From positions 160,001-224,000 of the forward strand of contig CAVVPN010000003.1 in assembly GCA_963750165.1 (NCBI GenBank): a DNA stretch of 64,000 bases, given 5' to 3'. Every line of letters starts with the position of its first letter. The stretch's first letter is position 1. A program made the position numbers and the translations under genes. The notes under the pieces were generated by a model that searched no databases, was not told the origin of the DNA, and saw nothing but the letters and a program-made list of their open reading frames with translations. Source of the stretch: an uncultured Gemmataceae bacterium (GTDB lineage Bacteria; Planctomycetota; Planctomycetia; Gemmatales; Gemmataceae). Of this stretch, positions 39,796-49,570 are shown piece after piece.

Positions 39796-39927
39796 CCGTT
39801 GCCCGAGATGCCGGTCTTCCTCACGGGCGAGAGTTATGTGTTGTGCCCGCTGGAATCCACCTATCAGCTGGCCTGGGAGCAGTTCCCGGCGCCGCTCAAG
39901 CGGCCCCTGGAGGCACCAGCCCCGTGA
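39796..39927 (+). pseudogene. C-terminal remnant of a DUF4058 gene
   Basis: PLPEMPVFLTGESYVLCPLESTYQLAWEQFP aligns with ALPDMPLFLEPGLAVEVPLEATYNAAFAEVP of the next gene. Confidence 0.8.
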
Positions 39928-40007
39928 TTGTCAGGAGAGTCATGGAATGATCCGTCGGGTATCATCAACCAGGGTAATCTTTATCGGCCCATTCCGGGTG
40001 AATCGCC

Positions 40008-40760
40008 ATGCCTATCCAGGACTGGACGCGCGTCGGTGACGGCATCTTCCACGACTTTAACCACGCCTGGATTGAAGAACTGAAACGCACCTTGAACCGG
40101 GGCGGCTTGCCGCCTGACTACTACGCCCTGGCCGAACAATTCGCCGCCGGTTTCGGACCGGACGTGCTCACCCTTCAGGAAAACGACAACGGCACCCCCG
40201 CGGCCCCCGGCGGCCCTGGAAATGAGTCCGGCGGCAACCGCGTCCAGTTGGCCCCGCCGAAACTCCAACTCACCGGAGAGACGGAACGCGATCATCACCG
40301 CCGCAAGAAAAAGCATGTCGCCGTCCGCCACTCCAGCGGGGATAACATCATCGCCATCATCGAGGTGGTGTCGCCGGGCAACAAGGCCAGCCGTAATCCC
40401 CTGCGGGCGTTTGTCCAGAAGACGGCCGAGTTGCTTGAACAACACGTTCACCTGCTGATCCTCGACCTGTTGCCGCCTGGACGGCGCGACCCGCAGGGCA
40501 TCCACCGGGAAATCTGGGACGAGGTGGCCGGCGAGGAGTATGTGGCCCTCGCCGACAAGCCGTTGACCCTCGCCGCCTACGAGGCCAATCTCAGCGTGCG
40601 GGCTTACGTCGTCCACGTCGCGGTCGGGGACGCCCTGCCGGACATGCCGCTCTTTCTGGAACCGGGGCTGGCGGTTGAAGTGCCGCTGGAAGCGACCTAC
40701 AACGCCGCGTTCGCCGAGGTGCCGCAGCGCTGGCGGCGGGTGCTGGAAGGGCAGCGCTAA
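40008..40760 (+). CDS. DUF4058 family protein
   Basis: MPIQDWTRV..GIFHDF, IIEVVSPGNK, HLLILDL, LPDMPLFL. Confidence 0.88.
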   Translation: MPIQDWTRVGDGIFHDFNHAWIEELKRTLNRGGLPPDYYALAEQFAAGFGPDVLTLQENDNGTPAAPGGPGNESGGNRVQLAPPKLQLTGETERDHHRRKKKHVAVRHSSGDNIIAIIEVVSPGNKASRNPLRAFVQKTAELLEQHVHLLILDLLPPGRRDPQGIHREIWDEVAGEEYVALADKPLTLAAYEANLSVRAYVVHVAVGDALPDMPLFLEPGLAVEVPLEATYNAAFAEVPQRWRRVLEGQR

Positions 40761-40801
40761 GCCGCAAGCGGCAGAAAAGACGGGGTGAGGCGTCGAGCTG
40801 T

Positions 40802-41047
40802 TCATCCGCCGCTCACCGGCGGCAGCACCGCCACCTCTGCCCCAGCGCTCAGCGGCAGCGCGTCCGCCGCAAACTCGCCGTCCACCGCCAGCGCACAGCG
40901 CGGCAGCAGCGCCGCCAGCGCCGGGCACGCCTCCACCAGCCGCCGGCGCAGGTCCGCCACCGTCGCGCCGTCGGACAGTTCCAGCGCCACCGTCTCGGAC
41001 CCGGCCAGGTCCCGGGCGCGGGCGAACAGCCGCACCTGCAACGTCAT
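40802..41047 (-). CDS. moaD: Molybdopterin converting factor small subunit (MoaD/ThiS sulfur carrier)
   Basis: VRLFARARDLAG...EVAVLPPVSGG with C-terminal GG. Confidence 0.92.
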   Translation of the reverse strand: MTLQVRLFARARDLAGSETVALELSDGATVADLRRRLVEACPALAALLPRCALAVDGEFAADALPLSAGAEVAVLPPVSGG

Positions 41048-43968
41048 CACAACACCCACTCCCCCAGCGGCTCCTGCAACCGCCCGGCGAACTCCGGCAT
41101 CAGCCCGTACGCCAGCGCCAGGTACTGCACCGGATGCAGCGTCCGCTTGCCGCTGCCGTGCTCCATCTGCATCCGACAGGTGCTGCACTCGGTCGCCCCG
41201 AACAGCACGCGCGGCCGGTCCAGCTCCGCCAGCATCGGCCGTCCCGCCGCCATCGACGTGGCGTAGTTCGCCGCGCCTAGGCCGTAGGTGCCGGCCATGC
41301 CCGAGCAACCCACGTCCACCGGATGCACGCGCAGCCGCGGGATCAGCCCCAGCAGCGCCGGCCCCGCTGGCGGTCGCTGCGGTTGCAGCGCTTTCAGATG
41401 GCACGGCACATGATGCCCCACGGAAAAGTCCAGCGGCCGGAAGTCGGTGCGCAGCCGCCCCTGCTGGTGCAGGTCCCACAGGTACGCCGTCAGTTCGACG
41501 GTGCGGCCGGCCACCAGCCGGGCGTCCGGGTCGTCCAGCAGCTCCGGGTAGTCCTGCCGCAGCATCAGCGCCGCGGTCGGTTCCGAGCAGAGGATCAGGT
41601 CGCTCTCACGGGCGGCGTCGGCCAGGACGCGGACGTTCTGGGCGGCGACCTCGCGGGCCGTCTCCACATCGCCGTGCGCCAGCGCCGCCATGCCGCAGCC
41701 GCGCTGGCCGCGCGGCACGTACACGTCCACCTTGTTGTGCTTCAGCACCGCCACCACCGCCTCGGCCAGCGGCGGGTCGTTGTAGTTGGCGAACACGTCC
41801 ACGAAGTACGCCACGCGCGGCTTGCCTGGACGCGGCTTGCGCGTCCAGCCGCGGCGGCGGGCGCGGCGCATGAAACTGCGCTGGGCGAAGCGCGGCAGCC
41901 GTCGTGCCTGCGACAGGCCAACCACCCGCTCCAGCAGCCAGCGCACCGTGCCGCTCCGCAGCGCCAGATTGACCAGCAGCGCGAAGGCGCTGCCCAGACG
42001 CGCCCAGCTCTCGGCGCGCGACAAAAACCAGTCCTTCAGGTCCATGCCGTGCTCGGCCACGTTGGCGGCCTTGGCCTCCAGCATCAGCCGCGGCACATTG
42101 ACGTGGGCCGGGCACTCCTGGGCGCACATGCGGCAGTTGACGCACAGGTCCGCCACCGCCCGCACCTCATCGGCCGACAGTGGCGGCCCGGCGCCGCCGT
42201 CGCGCAGCAGGTGCCGCAGCAGGTTCGCCTTGGCCCGCGGTGCCGCCGCCTCGTCTCCCGTGGCCCGGAAGATCGGACACATGCGCTGCGCCGGCGCGTC
42301 CGTGCGGCACATACCGCAGCCGTTGCAGCCGGCCGCCTCGGCGCTGAACTCGCCCGGTTGCCAGCGCAGCAGCAGCGGCGCCGGCTCCGGGCCCGTCGGG
42401 CGGCGCAGCGGCCAGGCGGCCAGGCGCGGCTCGGGGTCCACGATCTTGCCGGGGTTGAAAATCCCCTGCGGGTCAAAGGCGGCCTTGAGCTGGCGGAACA
42501 CCGGGTACAGCGGCCCGTACTGCCGCGCCACCCACGGCGTCCGCGCCAGACCGGTGCCGTGCTGCGTGCTCACCGTGCCGCCCAGGTCCAGCGCCAGCGT
42601 ATGCACCTTCTCCGCGATGGCCGCCAGCTTCGACACGTCCTCGGGCTTCTGCAAATCCAGGAACGGCCGCGTATGCACCTGGCCAGCGCCGGCGTGGACC
42701 AGGAACGAGGCGGTTGTCTCATGCTCGCGCAGCACCTGCTGGACGCCGTGCAGGAACACCGGCAAATCCTCCGGCGGCACCGCCACGTCCTCGACGAACG
42801 CCAGCGGCTGGGCACCGCCGCGCAGGCTGTACAGCGCCGGCAGCGCCGCGTCGCGTACCTGCCACAGTCGCGCCACCTCCTCCGGCTCGGACGCCGTCTG
42901 CGCGGTCATCGCCAGGCGGTCAACGCGGTGCAGCTGCTCGGCCAGCTGCCGCGTCAGGGCGCGGGCCTCGGCGGGCGTGTCGGTCTCGTACGCCACCAGC
43001 AGTACCGCCTCGACCGCGGCCGGCACCAGCGCCGCGGCCGCGCCGTCGCCGCCGCGCGCCAGGCTCAGCAGCCGGCGGTCGATCAGCTCGCAGGCCGTCG
43101 GCCCGCTCGGCAGGGCGCGGCGGGCGGCCCGCAGCGCCGCCTCCAGGCTGGCGAAGCCGAGCAGCACCACGCCGCGTCCGCCCGGCAGCGGCGCCGTGCG
43201 CAGCGTTGCCTCGGTGACCAGCGCCAGCGTGCCCTCCGAGCCGGCCAGCAGCCGTGGCAGGTCGAGCCCGTCGGGGCCGAGCACGTCCTGCAACAGGTAG
43301 CCGCAACGGTTGAAGGTCGTCTTCGGCCGGCAGGTGCGGATCAGCTCGGCGTTCTGTTCCAGCAGCACTGCCACCGTGCTCACGATGTCCTGCAGGTGGC
43401 CGCCGGCGGGGGCGGCGCCCGGCGACAGCTCGCAGCTCGCCGCGGCGGCGTCGCCGTTGTCGAGCACCACGCGCAGGCCGGCGACGTGATCGCGGGTGTA
43501 GCCGTGCCGCAGAGCGTTGCCGCCGGAGGCGTTGCCGGCGACCAGGCCGCCGACCGTGCGGGCGTCACCGTCGTCCGGAGTGGGGGCGAAGCGGCGACCG
43601 ACCTCCGCCAGACGGGCGTTGAGCTGCCGGCAGGTGACGCCGGCCTGCACGCGCACCGTGTCGGCACCTACGTCGAGCACGGCGCGGAAGTGGCGGGAAA
43701 AGTCCACGATCAGACCGGGGCCGAGCGCCGCGCCCGCCAGACCAGTGCCGGCGCCGCGCGGCACCAGCGACAGGCGGTGCTCCGCGGCGTAACGGACCAG
43801 GCGGCGCACATCGTCCTCGTCGCGCGGCACCACCACGCCGGCCGGCCGCACCTGGAAAATGCTGGCGTCGGTGCTGTACAGGGCGCGCGACAACTCGTCG
43901 AAGAGCAGTTCGCCCTGAAAAAAGCCCTTCAAGTCGTCGCGCAAGCGCTCGCGTTGCTGGTCGTCCAC
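41047..43968 (-). CDS. FAD-binding and Fe-S oxidoreductase (GlcD/GlcF, YdiJ-like)
   Basis: LYSTDASIF, PRGAGTGLAG, GSEGTLA, CNGCGMC, CVNCRMCAQECP, CCG-type motifs. Confidence 0.93.
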   Translation of the reverse strand: MDDQQRERLRDDLKGFFQGELLFDELSRALYSTDASIFQVRPAGVVVPRDEDDVRRLVRYAAEHRLSLVPRGAGTGLAGAALGPGLIVDFSRHFRAVLDVGADTVRVQAGVTCRQLNARLAEVGRRFAPTPDDGDARTVGGLVAGNASGGNALRHGYTRDHVAGLRVVLDNGDAAAASCELSPGAAPAGGHLQDIVSTVAVLLEQNAELIRTCRPKTTFNRCGYLLQDVLGPDGLDLPRLLAGSEGTLALVTEATLRTAPLPGGRGVVLLGFASLEAALRAARRALPSGPTACELIDRRLLSLARGGDGAAAALVPAAVEAVLLVAYETDTPAEARALTRQLAEQLHRVDRLAMTAQTASEPEEVARLWQVRDAALPALYSLRGGAQPLAFVEDVAVPPEDLPVFLHGVQQVLREHETTASFLVHAGAGQVHTRPFLDLQKPEDVSKLAAIAEKVHTLALDLGGTVSTQHGTGLARTPWVARQYGPLYPVFRQLKAAFDPQGIFNPGKIVDPEPRLAAWPLRRPTGPEPAPLLLRWQPGEFSAEAAGCNGCGMCRTDAPAQRMCPIFRATGDEAAAPRAKANLLRHLLRDGGAGPPLSADEVRAVADLCVNCRMCAQECPAHVNVPRLMLEAKAANVAEHGMDLKDWFLSRAESWARLGSAFALLVNLALRSGTVRWLLERVVGLSQARRLPRFAQRSFMRRARRRGWTRKPRPGKPRVAYFVDVFANYNDPPLAEAVVAVLKHNKVDVYVPRGQRGCGMAALAHGDVETAREVAAQNVRVLADAARESDLILCSEPTAALMLRQDYPELLDDPDARLVAGRTVELTAYLWDLHQQGRLRTDFRPLDFSVGHHVPCHLKALQPQRPPAGPALLGLIPRLRVHPVDVGCSGMAGTYGLGAANYATSMAAGRPMLAELDRPRVLFGATECSTCRMQMEHGSGKRTLHPVQYLALAYGLMPEFAGRLQEPLGEWVL

Positions 43969-44229
43969 CGTGCGTCGTACCTCGGAGCGGGCCGCTGCCG
44001 GCGGCAAGGGCCCTGCGCGTTCATGATACGGACTGCCGCGGCGAACTGAAGGCCAACGCCGGGCAGCGCGGTGAGTCGGAGCCCGAGCGCCAGCGCGGGG
44101 CAGCGCTGCCTCCACGCTGGCGCTCGGGCGCGGACGCGAAACAAGAACGAGCAAGGCGATTCGGTATCAGAGGCGCGGCCGCATAATCTCACCAATTGGA
44201 GGGTGCGCATAGGGAAATGCCTGACGAAT

Positions 44230-44258
44230 TTGACTGCCCAGACATCCCGACCTAGAAA
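44230..44258 (+). promoter_or_regulatory. Possible sigma70 promoter for the riboswitch-pilin transcript
   Basis: TTGACT-17bp-TAGAAA. Confidence 0.45.
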
Positions 44259-44387
44259 TGTGCGTCCACCTCTCAGGTCTGGCATGCCCGCGGCTCCCCC
44301 GTGCCGCCTCGGAGGTCGATTGCGGTTTCGACCGTATCAGGTTGAAACGCAGGACGATTGTCAGGGTAACAAGCGCCGCCGGGTTCC

Positions 44388-44466
44388 ACGAAAGGGCAAA
44401 CCATCCGCAAGGGTGGGACGCAAAGCCATGGATCCCTCACCCCAGGGGGATCGCCAGGCCGCCGAA
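44388..44466 (+). promoter_or_regulatory. c-di-GMP-I (GEMM) riboswitch
   Basis: GGGCAAACCATCC-GCAA-GGGTGGGACGCAAAGCC...GCCGCCGA consensus with GNRA tetraloop. Confidence 0.92.
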
Positions 44467-44661
44467 CGGAAGTGGTCCACTCGGTTTGAGCCGCCGCCGG
44501 ACGCCCATTGCGCGCCGGTCGGGCAAGTGCTGCTTGCCATGCTGTCCCCCTGGTTTCTTTGTCCGACACGCAGCGCGGCCGTGCTCACGGTGGGCCGGCC
44601 GGCGGTGTCTTGCTGCCCCCGCGCGGAGCAGCCTTTCCCGGACCTGAAAGGATCGACTCAG

Positions 44662-44853
44662 ATGATTTCGCAACTTACCCGAAGTGTCGTGAACTTCCTG
44701 CAGCGTGAAGATGGCCCGACGGCCGTCGAGTACGCGGTCATGCTGGCCCTGATTATCGTGGTGTGCATCGTCGCCATCACCGCCCTGGGCAGCAACGCCA
44801 ACGCCACCTTCTCCAGCGTCAGCAACACCATCGGCTCCACCACCGGCAGCTGA
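44662..44853 (+). CDS. flp: Flp family type IVc pilin
   Basis: FLQREDGPTAVEYAVMLALIIVVCIVAITALG. Confidence 0.95.
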   Translation: MISQLTRSVVNFLQREDGPTAVEYAVMLALIIVVCIVAITALGSNANATFSSVSNTIGSTTGS

Positions 44854-44909
44854 CCGAACTGGCTCATTGCTGCGGCCGGCCCACAGCCTCTCCCGGGCCC
44901 GCCGTTTCC

Positions 44910-44973
44910 CCTCCGAAGCAGACAAACCCCTGGCGCGCCAGCCGGCACGCCAGGGGTTTGTCTGCTTCGGAGG
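44910..44973. repeat. 26-bp perfect inverted repeat after flp (possible terminator or stabiliser)
   Basis: cctccgaagcagacaaacccctggcg-12nt-cgccaggggtttgtctgcttcggagg. Confidence 0.75.
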
Positions 44974-45118
44974 TGCCCAAATGATCCCGCCTATCGCCAA
45001 CCAGGTCAGGACGGAAAACACCCCGGGCCCGCAGCACAAGCAAGGGTGGAGGTTGCTCCTTGCGCTGCGAGCCCGGGGTTTGTCGCTTGCTATCGGCCAT
45101 CCCTGGTGCCGCAGGACA

Positions 45119-45412
45119 TCAACGTCGGCCGTGGCGGGCACCCTGGTTGTGTCGCCCGAAGTTGGCATGGTTGTTCCCGCGGGTGTTGCGGTTGTTCCCG
45201 CGGATGTTGCGGTGGTTCCAGTGGGTGTTGCGATTGATGTGGTTCCACCGCATCACCGGCGTCTGGTGGCGGGCCTGCCGCCCCTGCCGGGAAACGTTGT
45301 TCAAGCGGAAGTGGTTCATCTGGCGGCCGCGGGGAGGAGCGGCGGAGAGGTCGGCGGTGACGACGGTCAGAGCGAAGAGAGCGACCGCGCCACAAATCAA
45401 CGTGCGGAACAT
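45119..45412 (-). CDS. Small secreted Asn/Arg/His-rich basic protein
   Basis: GGAG RBS, signal peptide ending LSA-AP, NHRNIRGNNRNTRGNNH repeats. Confidence 0.7.
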   Translation of the reverse strand: MFRTLICGAVALFALTVVTADLSAAPPRGRQMNHFRLNNVSRQGRQARHQTPVMRWNHINRNTHWNHRNIRGNNRNTRGNNHANFGRHNQGARHGRR

Positions 45413-45706
45413 GAGGAGGACTCCAAAGACGGCACCGGAAGGTGGGGCGCCGCACTGTGCCGAGGGTGCGGCGTCTCGTAAGAATTGCCTCCACCTAAGT
45501 CATTGTAGGCGTATGGATTTCAAGAAAAAAAGTGCTGGTCGAACTTCGATCAGGCTGCTTGCGAAACGCGCAGGGTTCGCACGCCGCCAGTTCTGTAGAA
45601 GCTCTGGATTTGGGCGCGCGGCGTCAGCCCGCCGGTACTCGGAAGTACCGGCGGGCTGACGCCGCGCCGTGCGCCATGGTTGGCGGGTTGTGAAACGGGC
45701 TGATCG

Positions 45707-46117
45707 TCACTTCGCCAGCAAATCAATCAGGGTGCGCAGCGCGGCCGCCCCGTAGCGCTCCACCAGCTCCTTCGTCGTCCGCACGTCGCTCAGGCTGATG
45801 CCGCTCGGCATTGCCGCCTTTGCCGCCGCGGACTTCGGCGCCGCCGGTTTGGCGGCCGCCGGCTTTTTCGCGGCCGTCAGACCGACGCTCACCGGGGCGC
45901 CTTCCTTGCGCAGAATGTCGCCCTTGCACGTCGAAACGTGATCGGTCGTCATCTCGATGCCGAAAGCCTTCTTGATGTGAGCCTGCAGTTCCGCCGGTTT
46001 CGCCTGGGGGCCGAGCTTGGCCAGCGCCCGACGCACCGCCTCCTTTTTCGTCAAGCCGTTCGCCTTCGCGGCCGCCTTCGCCGGGCCGCCGGTCGTCTCA
46101 TGAGTCGCGTTCGCCAT
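45707..46117 (-). CDS. Small basic Ala/Lys-rich protein (possible nucleoid-associated protein)
   Basis: TKKEAVRRALAKLG...HVSTCKG, AAKPAAPK linker, KELVERYGAAALRTLIDLL; GGAG RBS. Confidence 0.75.
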   Translation of the reverse strand: MANATHETTGGPAKAAAKANGLTKKEAVRRALAKLGPQAKPAELQAHIKKAFGIEMTTDHVSTCKGDILRKEGAPVSVGLTAAKKPAAAKPAAPKSAAAKAAMPSGISLSDVRTTKELVERYGAAALRTLIDLLAK

Positions 46118-46309
46118 CATATGTTCTCCCGATGGGTGGACGTTCGCAGATCAAGTATCTGAATTGTTACCGCAGATTGCCCAGCCGTCCACTTATCAGG
46201 GGGGTGGGCCACCGCTCCGCCCCGGGGTGGCGCCCGCTTATCTCGCCCCAACGGCCCAACCCGACCGAGGTGGCAGGCGGCCCGGCGGTTTTGCGATATA
46301 ATGCACCAC

Positions 46310-47545
46310 ATGAAATACGCCATCATCATCCCTGACGGTTGCGCCGATGAGCCCCAGGAAGCGCTCGCCGGCCACACGCCGCTGCAGGCCGCCTACACGC
46401 CGCACATGACCCGGCTGACCCGCCAGGGGCTGGTCGGCCGCAGCAACAACGTGCCGCCGACGCTGACGCCGGCCAGCGACGTGGCCACGCTCAGCCTGTT
46501 TGGCTACGACCCACTGCTCGTCTACACCGGCAGGGCTCCGCTGGAGTGTGCCGCGATGGGCCTGTCTCTCGGCCCCGACGATTGGGCGGTGCGCTGCAAT
46601 CTGGTGAACGTCGAGGACGGCCGCATGCGCGACTTCACCGCCGGCCACATCAGCAGCGCCGACGGCCGGGCGTTGATCGAAGCCGTCCACCGGGAGCTGG
46701 GCGGCACCTTTCCGTTGAGGGGCCCCGGCCCCGCCGCCCAGGTCGATTTCGCGTTTCATCCCGGCGTCAGTTATCGCAATATATTTCTGGTGCGTCCGCA
46801 GGGAGTGCCGGCACCGTTCAGCGAGCAGACCAAAACGCAGCCGCCGCACGACATCCCTGACCGACCCATTGCGGATCACCTGCCGACTGGCCCCGGCTCA
46901 GAACTGCTGCGCGACCTGATGGAGCGGAGTCGGGCGGTGCTGGCCGGGCACCCGGTCAACCGGGCACGGCAGTCCCGCGGCGAACGGCCGGCGACGCAAA
47001 TCTGGCTGTGGGGCCAGGGGCGAGCGCCGCAACTGCGGCCGTTCCGGGAGGTGTACGGCAAGCGCGGCGCCATTCTGAGTGCAGTGGACCTGGTGCGCGG
47101 CGTCGGCGTACTGCTGGGCTGGACGCGCATCGACGTGCCGGGCGCCACCGGCTACCTGGACACGGACTACGCCGCCAAGGGCCGCTACGGTGTGGCGGCG
47201 CTGCAGGATCACGATCTGGTGTGTGTGCATGTCGAGGCGCCGGACGAGGCGTCGCACGAGGGCCGGGCGGACGCCAAGGTGAAGGCGCTCGAAGAAATCG
47301 ACCGGCACATTGTGGGGCCGCTGCTGGAGGCGTTGCCGGCGTATGGCGACTGGCGGATGCTGGTGTCGCCGGACCATCGCACGCCGCTGCGGACGCGGGC
47401 GCACGCCCACGGTGAGGTGCCGTTCGTGGTCGCCGGCACCGGTGTGGAGTCGCGCGGTCAGGCCAGCTATGATGAAGTGGTCGCCGCCGCCAGCGACCAG
47501 GTGTTTGAGCGCGGCCATCATTTGATGCGATGGTTTTTGGAATAG
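46310..47545 (+). CDS. apgM: Cofactor-independent phosphoglycerate mutase (ApgM family)
   Basis: IIPDGCADEP, SDVATLSL, YTGRAPLE, HVEAPDEASH, SPDHRTP. Confidence 0.93.
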   Translation: MKYAIIIPDGCADEPQEALAGHTPLQAAYTPHMTRLTRQGLVGRSNNVPPTLTPASDVATLSLFGYDPLLVYTGRAPLECAAMGLSLGPDDWAVRCNLVNVEDGRMRDFTAGHISSADGRALIEAVHRELGGTFPLRGPGPAAQVDFAFHPGVSYRNIFLVRPQGVPAPFSEQTKTQPPHDIPDRPIADHLPTGPGSELLRDLMERSRAVLAGHPVNRARQSRGERPATQIWLWGQGRAPQLRPFREVYGKRGAILSAVDLVRGVGVLLGWTRIDVPGATGYLDTDYAAKGRYGVAALQDHDLVCVHVEAPDEASHEGRADAKVKALEEIDRHIVGPLLEALPAYGDWRMLVSPDHRTPLRTRAHAHGEVPFVVAGTGVESRGQASYDEVVAAASDQVFERGHHLMRWFLE

Positions 47546-47628
47546 TCATTAGTCATTGGTCATTAGTCATTAGTTATCTTGGGCTGCGGCCCAGATAACT
47601 AATGACTAATGACCAATGACTAATGACT
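47544..47628. repeat. Palindrome of tandem heptamers (AGTCATT)n
   Basis: 36-bp perfect arms including a mirrored variant unit GGTCATT; starts in the apgM stop codon. Confidence 0.92.
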
Positions 47629-47645
47629 CTTGAGGAGTATGATTC

Positions 47646-48473
47646 ATGAAGCGATTCGTCACGGCCCTGCTGTTGCTGGGCCTGCTGCACCTCGGCGTGG
47701 CGCCGGCGCAGGACAAGGATAAAGACAAGGATAAGGACAAGGACAAGGGCAAGATCCGGATTACCTGGCACGGCCAGTCCTTCTTCCGCATCCTGACGCC
47801 GCAGGGTACGCGCGTGTTGATCGATCCGCACGACATCCCCGGCTACGGCCGCGTCATCGGCATGAAAGCAGACCTGGTGCTGATGTCACATAACCATAAC
47901 GACCACACCCAGCTGGTCGTCATCGACAACATCAAGGACAAGAAAAACCCGCCGCTGGTCATTCCGGGCTGGGTCAAGAAGGGCAAGAAGGAAGACTGGA
48001 ACCTGCTCACCACGACCGTCAAGGATGTGAAGTTGCGCACCGTCGGCGTCTATCACGACAACATGGAGGGGTTCAAGTACGGCAAAAATACCGCCTTCGT
48101 TCTGGACATCGACGGTTGGCGCATTGTCCATTTGGGCGACCTGGGGCACCTGCTGTCGGACGAGCAGATCAAGCAGATCAAGAAGGACGGGCCGATTGAC
48201 GTGTTGATGATCCCGGTCGGCGGCATCTACAGCCTGAACGGCCGCGAGGCGAAGAAGGTGGTCAAGCAATTGCAGCCGCGCGAATATATCCTGCCGATGC
48301 ACTACGGCACACCGGTTTTCGACGACCTGTTGCCGGTCACCGAATTTCTGGAGGGTCAGCCGCGCGAAAGCATCCTGCGCATGAAGGACAACCGCCTGGT
48401 GCTCGATCGCGACGACAAGCGCGCCCGGCCGCAGATCACCTTGCTGCACTGGTGGTCTAAAGGGAAACAATAG
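47646..48473 (+). CDS. Secreted MBL-fold metallo-hydrolase
   Basis: Signal peptide, DK repeat, ITWHGQS, SHNHNDH, HLGDLGH, PMHY. Confidence 0.92.
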   Translation: MKRFVTALLLLGLLHLGVAPAQDKDKDKDKDKDKGKIRITWHGQSFFRILTPQGTRVLIDPHDIPGYGRVIGMKADLVLMSHNHNDHTQLVVIDNIKDKKNPPLVIPGWVKKGKKEDWNLLTTTVKDVKLRTVGVYHDNMEGFKYGKNTAFVLDIDGWRIVHLGDLGHLLSDEQIKQIKKDGPIDVLMIPVGGIYSLNGREAKKVVKQLQPREYILPMHYGTPVFDDLLPVTEFLEGQPRESILRMKDNRLVLDRDDKRARPQITLLHWWSKGKQ

Positions 48474-48611
48474 TCAATAGTCAATAGTCAATAGTCAATA
48501 GTCATTAGTCATTAGTCATTAGTTCACTGGGTTGAGGCGCAGGGAGAAACGCCCGTCGCTCGGATCCTGTTAACTAATGACTAATGACTATTGACTATTG
48601 ACTATTGACTA
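48468..48611. repeat. Palindrome of tandem heptamers (CAATAGT/CATTAGT)n between convergent genes
   Basis: Arms 48468-48524 and 48572-48611; each outer end contains a TAG stop of a flanking gene. Confidence 0.92.
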
Positions 48612-49328
48612 CTGCTGCCGCAGGCGGCTGTGGATGATCTCGACTGTGAACTGGGAAGTGCGGCGCACGTCGCGGTCGGTGTCCACCTGCGAGGCGCGGA
48701 TCAGCGCCGGCAGCGCCCGCGGCGCGCAGAGCAGACCCAGCGAACGCGCGGCCGCCTCGCGCACCATCGGACTGCGGTCGCCGGCCAGCACCGCCGTCAA
48801 CGGGTCCACCGCCCGATCCGCGTTCAACCGGCCCAGCTGCTCCACCGCGTCGCAGCGCACCTGCTCGTCCGGACTGGTCAACTTCTGCAAATAACCACTG
48901 ACGGCCGCTTCATGATTGCCTGCCGCGGGCGCCGCGGCCGTCATCACCGGCGCCGGGGCGGGACTGGGCGAGTTCATCACCGGCACCGACTGCAGGGGCG
49001 GCTGCAACATCTGTGGGGCGGACTGCGGCGCCACCGGGGCGGGCGGCGCCGAGTACACCGGCGGCTGCGGCGCCACCGGGGGAGCCTGCATCACCACGGG
49101 CGGCGGTTGCACATACACCGGCGCGGGCTGCACGTACACCGGCGCCGGTGCGACGTACACCCCGCCATAGGGCCGGTAATATCCGTAGGGATAGTAACCG
49201 TAGGGCCGGTAGTACGGCCCCGGGAGACCAACGCCGATGGCGACGCCCCAGGCTTGCGCCGGGACGGCACTCGCGCAGCAGCCCAGCACCGCCAGCACGG
49301 CAGCGCCCAGCAGACGTAGTTTGCTCAT
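48609..49328 (-). CDS. Secreted Pro/Tyr-rich protein with C-terminal HEAT repeats
   Basis: Signal peptide, YYRPYG and PAPVYVQ repeats, VRCDAVEQLG and VREAAARSLG. Confidence 0.85.
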   Translation of the reverse strand: MSKLRLLGAAVLAVLGCCASAVPAQAWGVAIGVGLPGPYYRPYGYYPYGYYRPYGGVYVAPAPVYVQPAPVYVQPPPVVMQAPPVAPQPPVYSAPPAPVAPQSAPQMLQPPLQSVPVMNSPSPAPAPVMTAAAPAAGNHEAAVSGYLQKLTSPDEQVRCDAVEQLGRLNADRAVDPLTAVLAGDRSPMVREAAARSLGLLCAPRALPALIRASQVDTDRDVRRTSQFTVEIIHSRLRQQ

Positions 49329-49570
49329 GTGCGGAACCCTCCTTATCTGTTCGGGCGACAAAAGCCGCGGAATTATGTCACCGCCGCCGCCGCCGTCAAG
49401 GCCAAGCACCTTCCGGGGTGATGTCGGTGGGCTGGCTGCGGAGGAAAGCGCCATCGATTACCATCGGCACGCTGGCCCGCCGCCCATAACTTCGGCTTGG
49501 CGCTGATTCCCGTGCGCTGTACAAGCCGCCGCTGATCGGATCGACCCAGCCCGGAAGGAGGAAATAGATC

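Noticed and set aside
47544..48611. Heptamer arrays as a CRISPR array or a composite transposon around the MBL gene
   Set aside because: Units are 7 bp with no unique spacers and no cas genes; each array is a self-contained palindrome.
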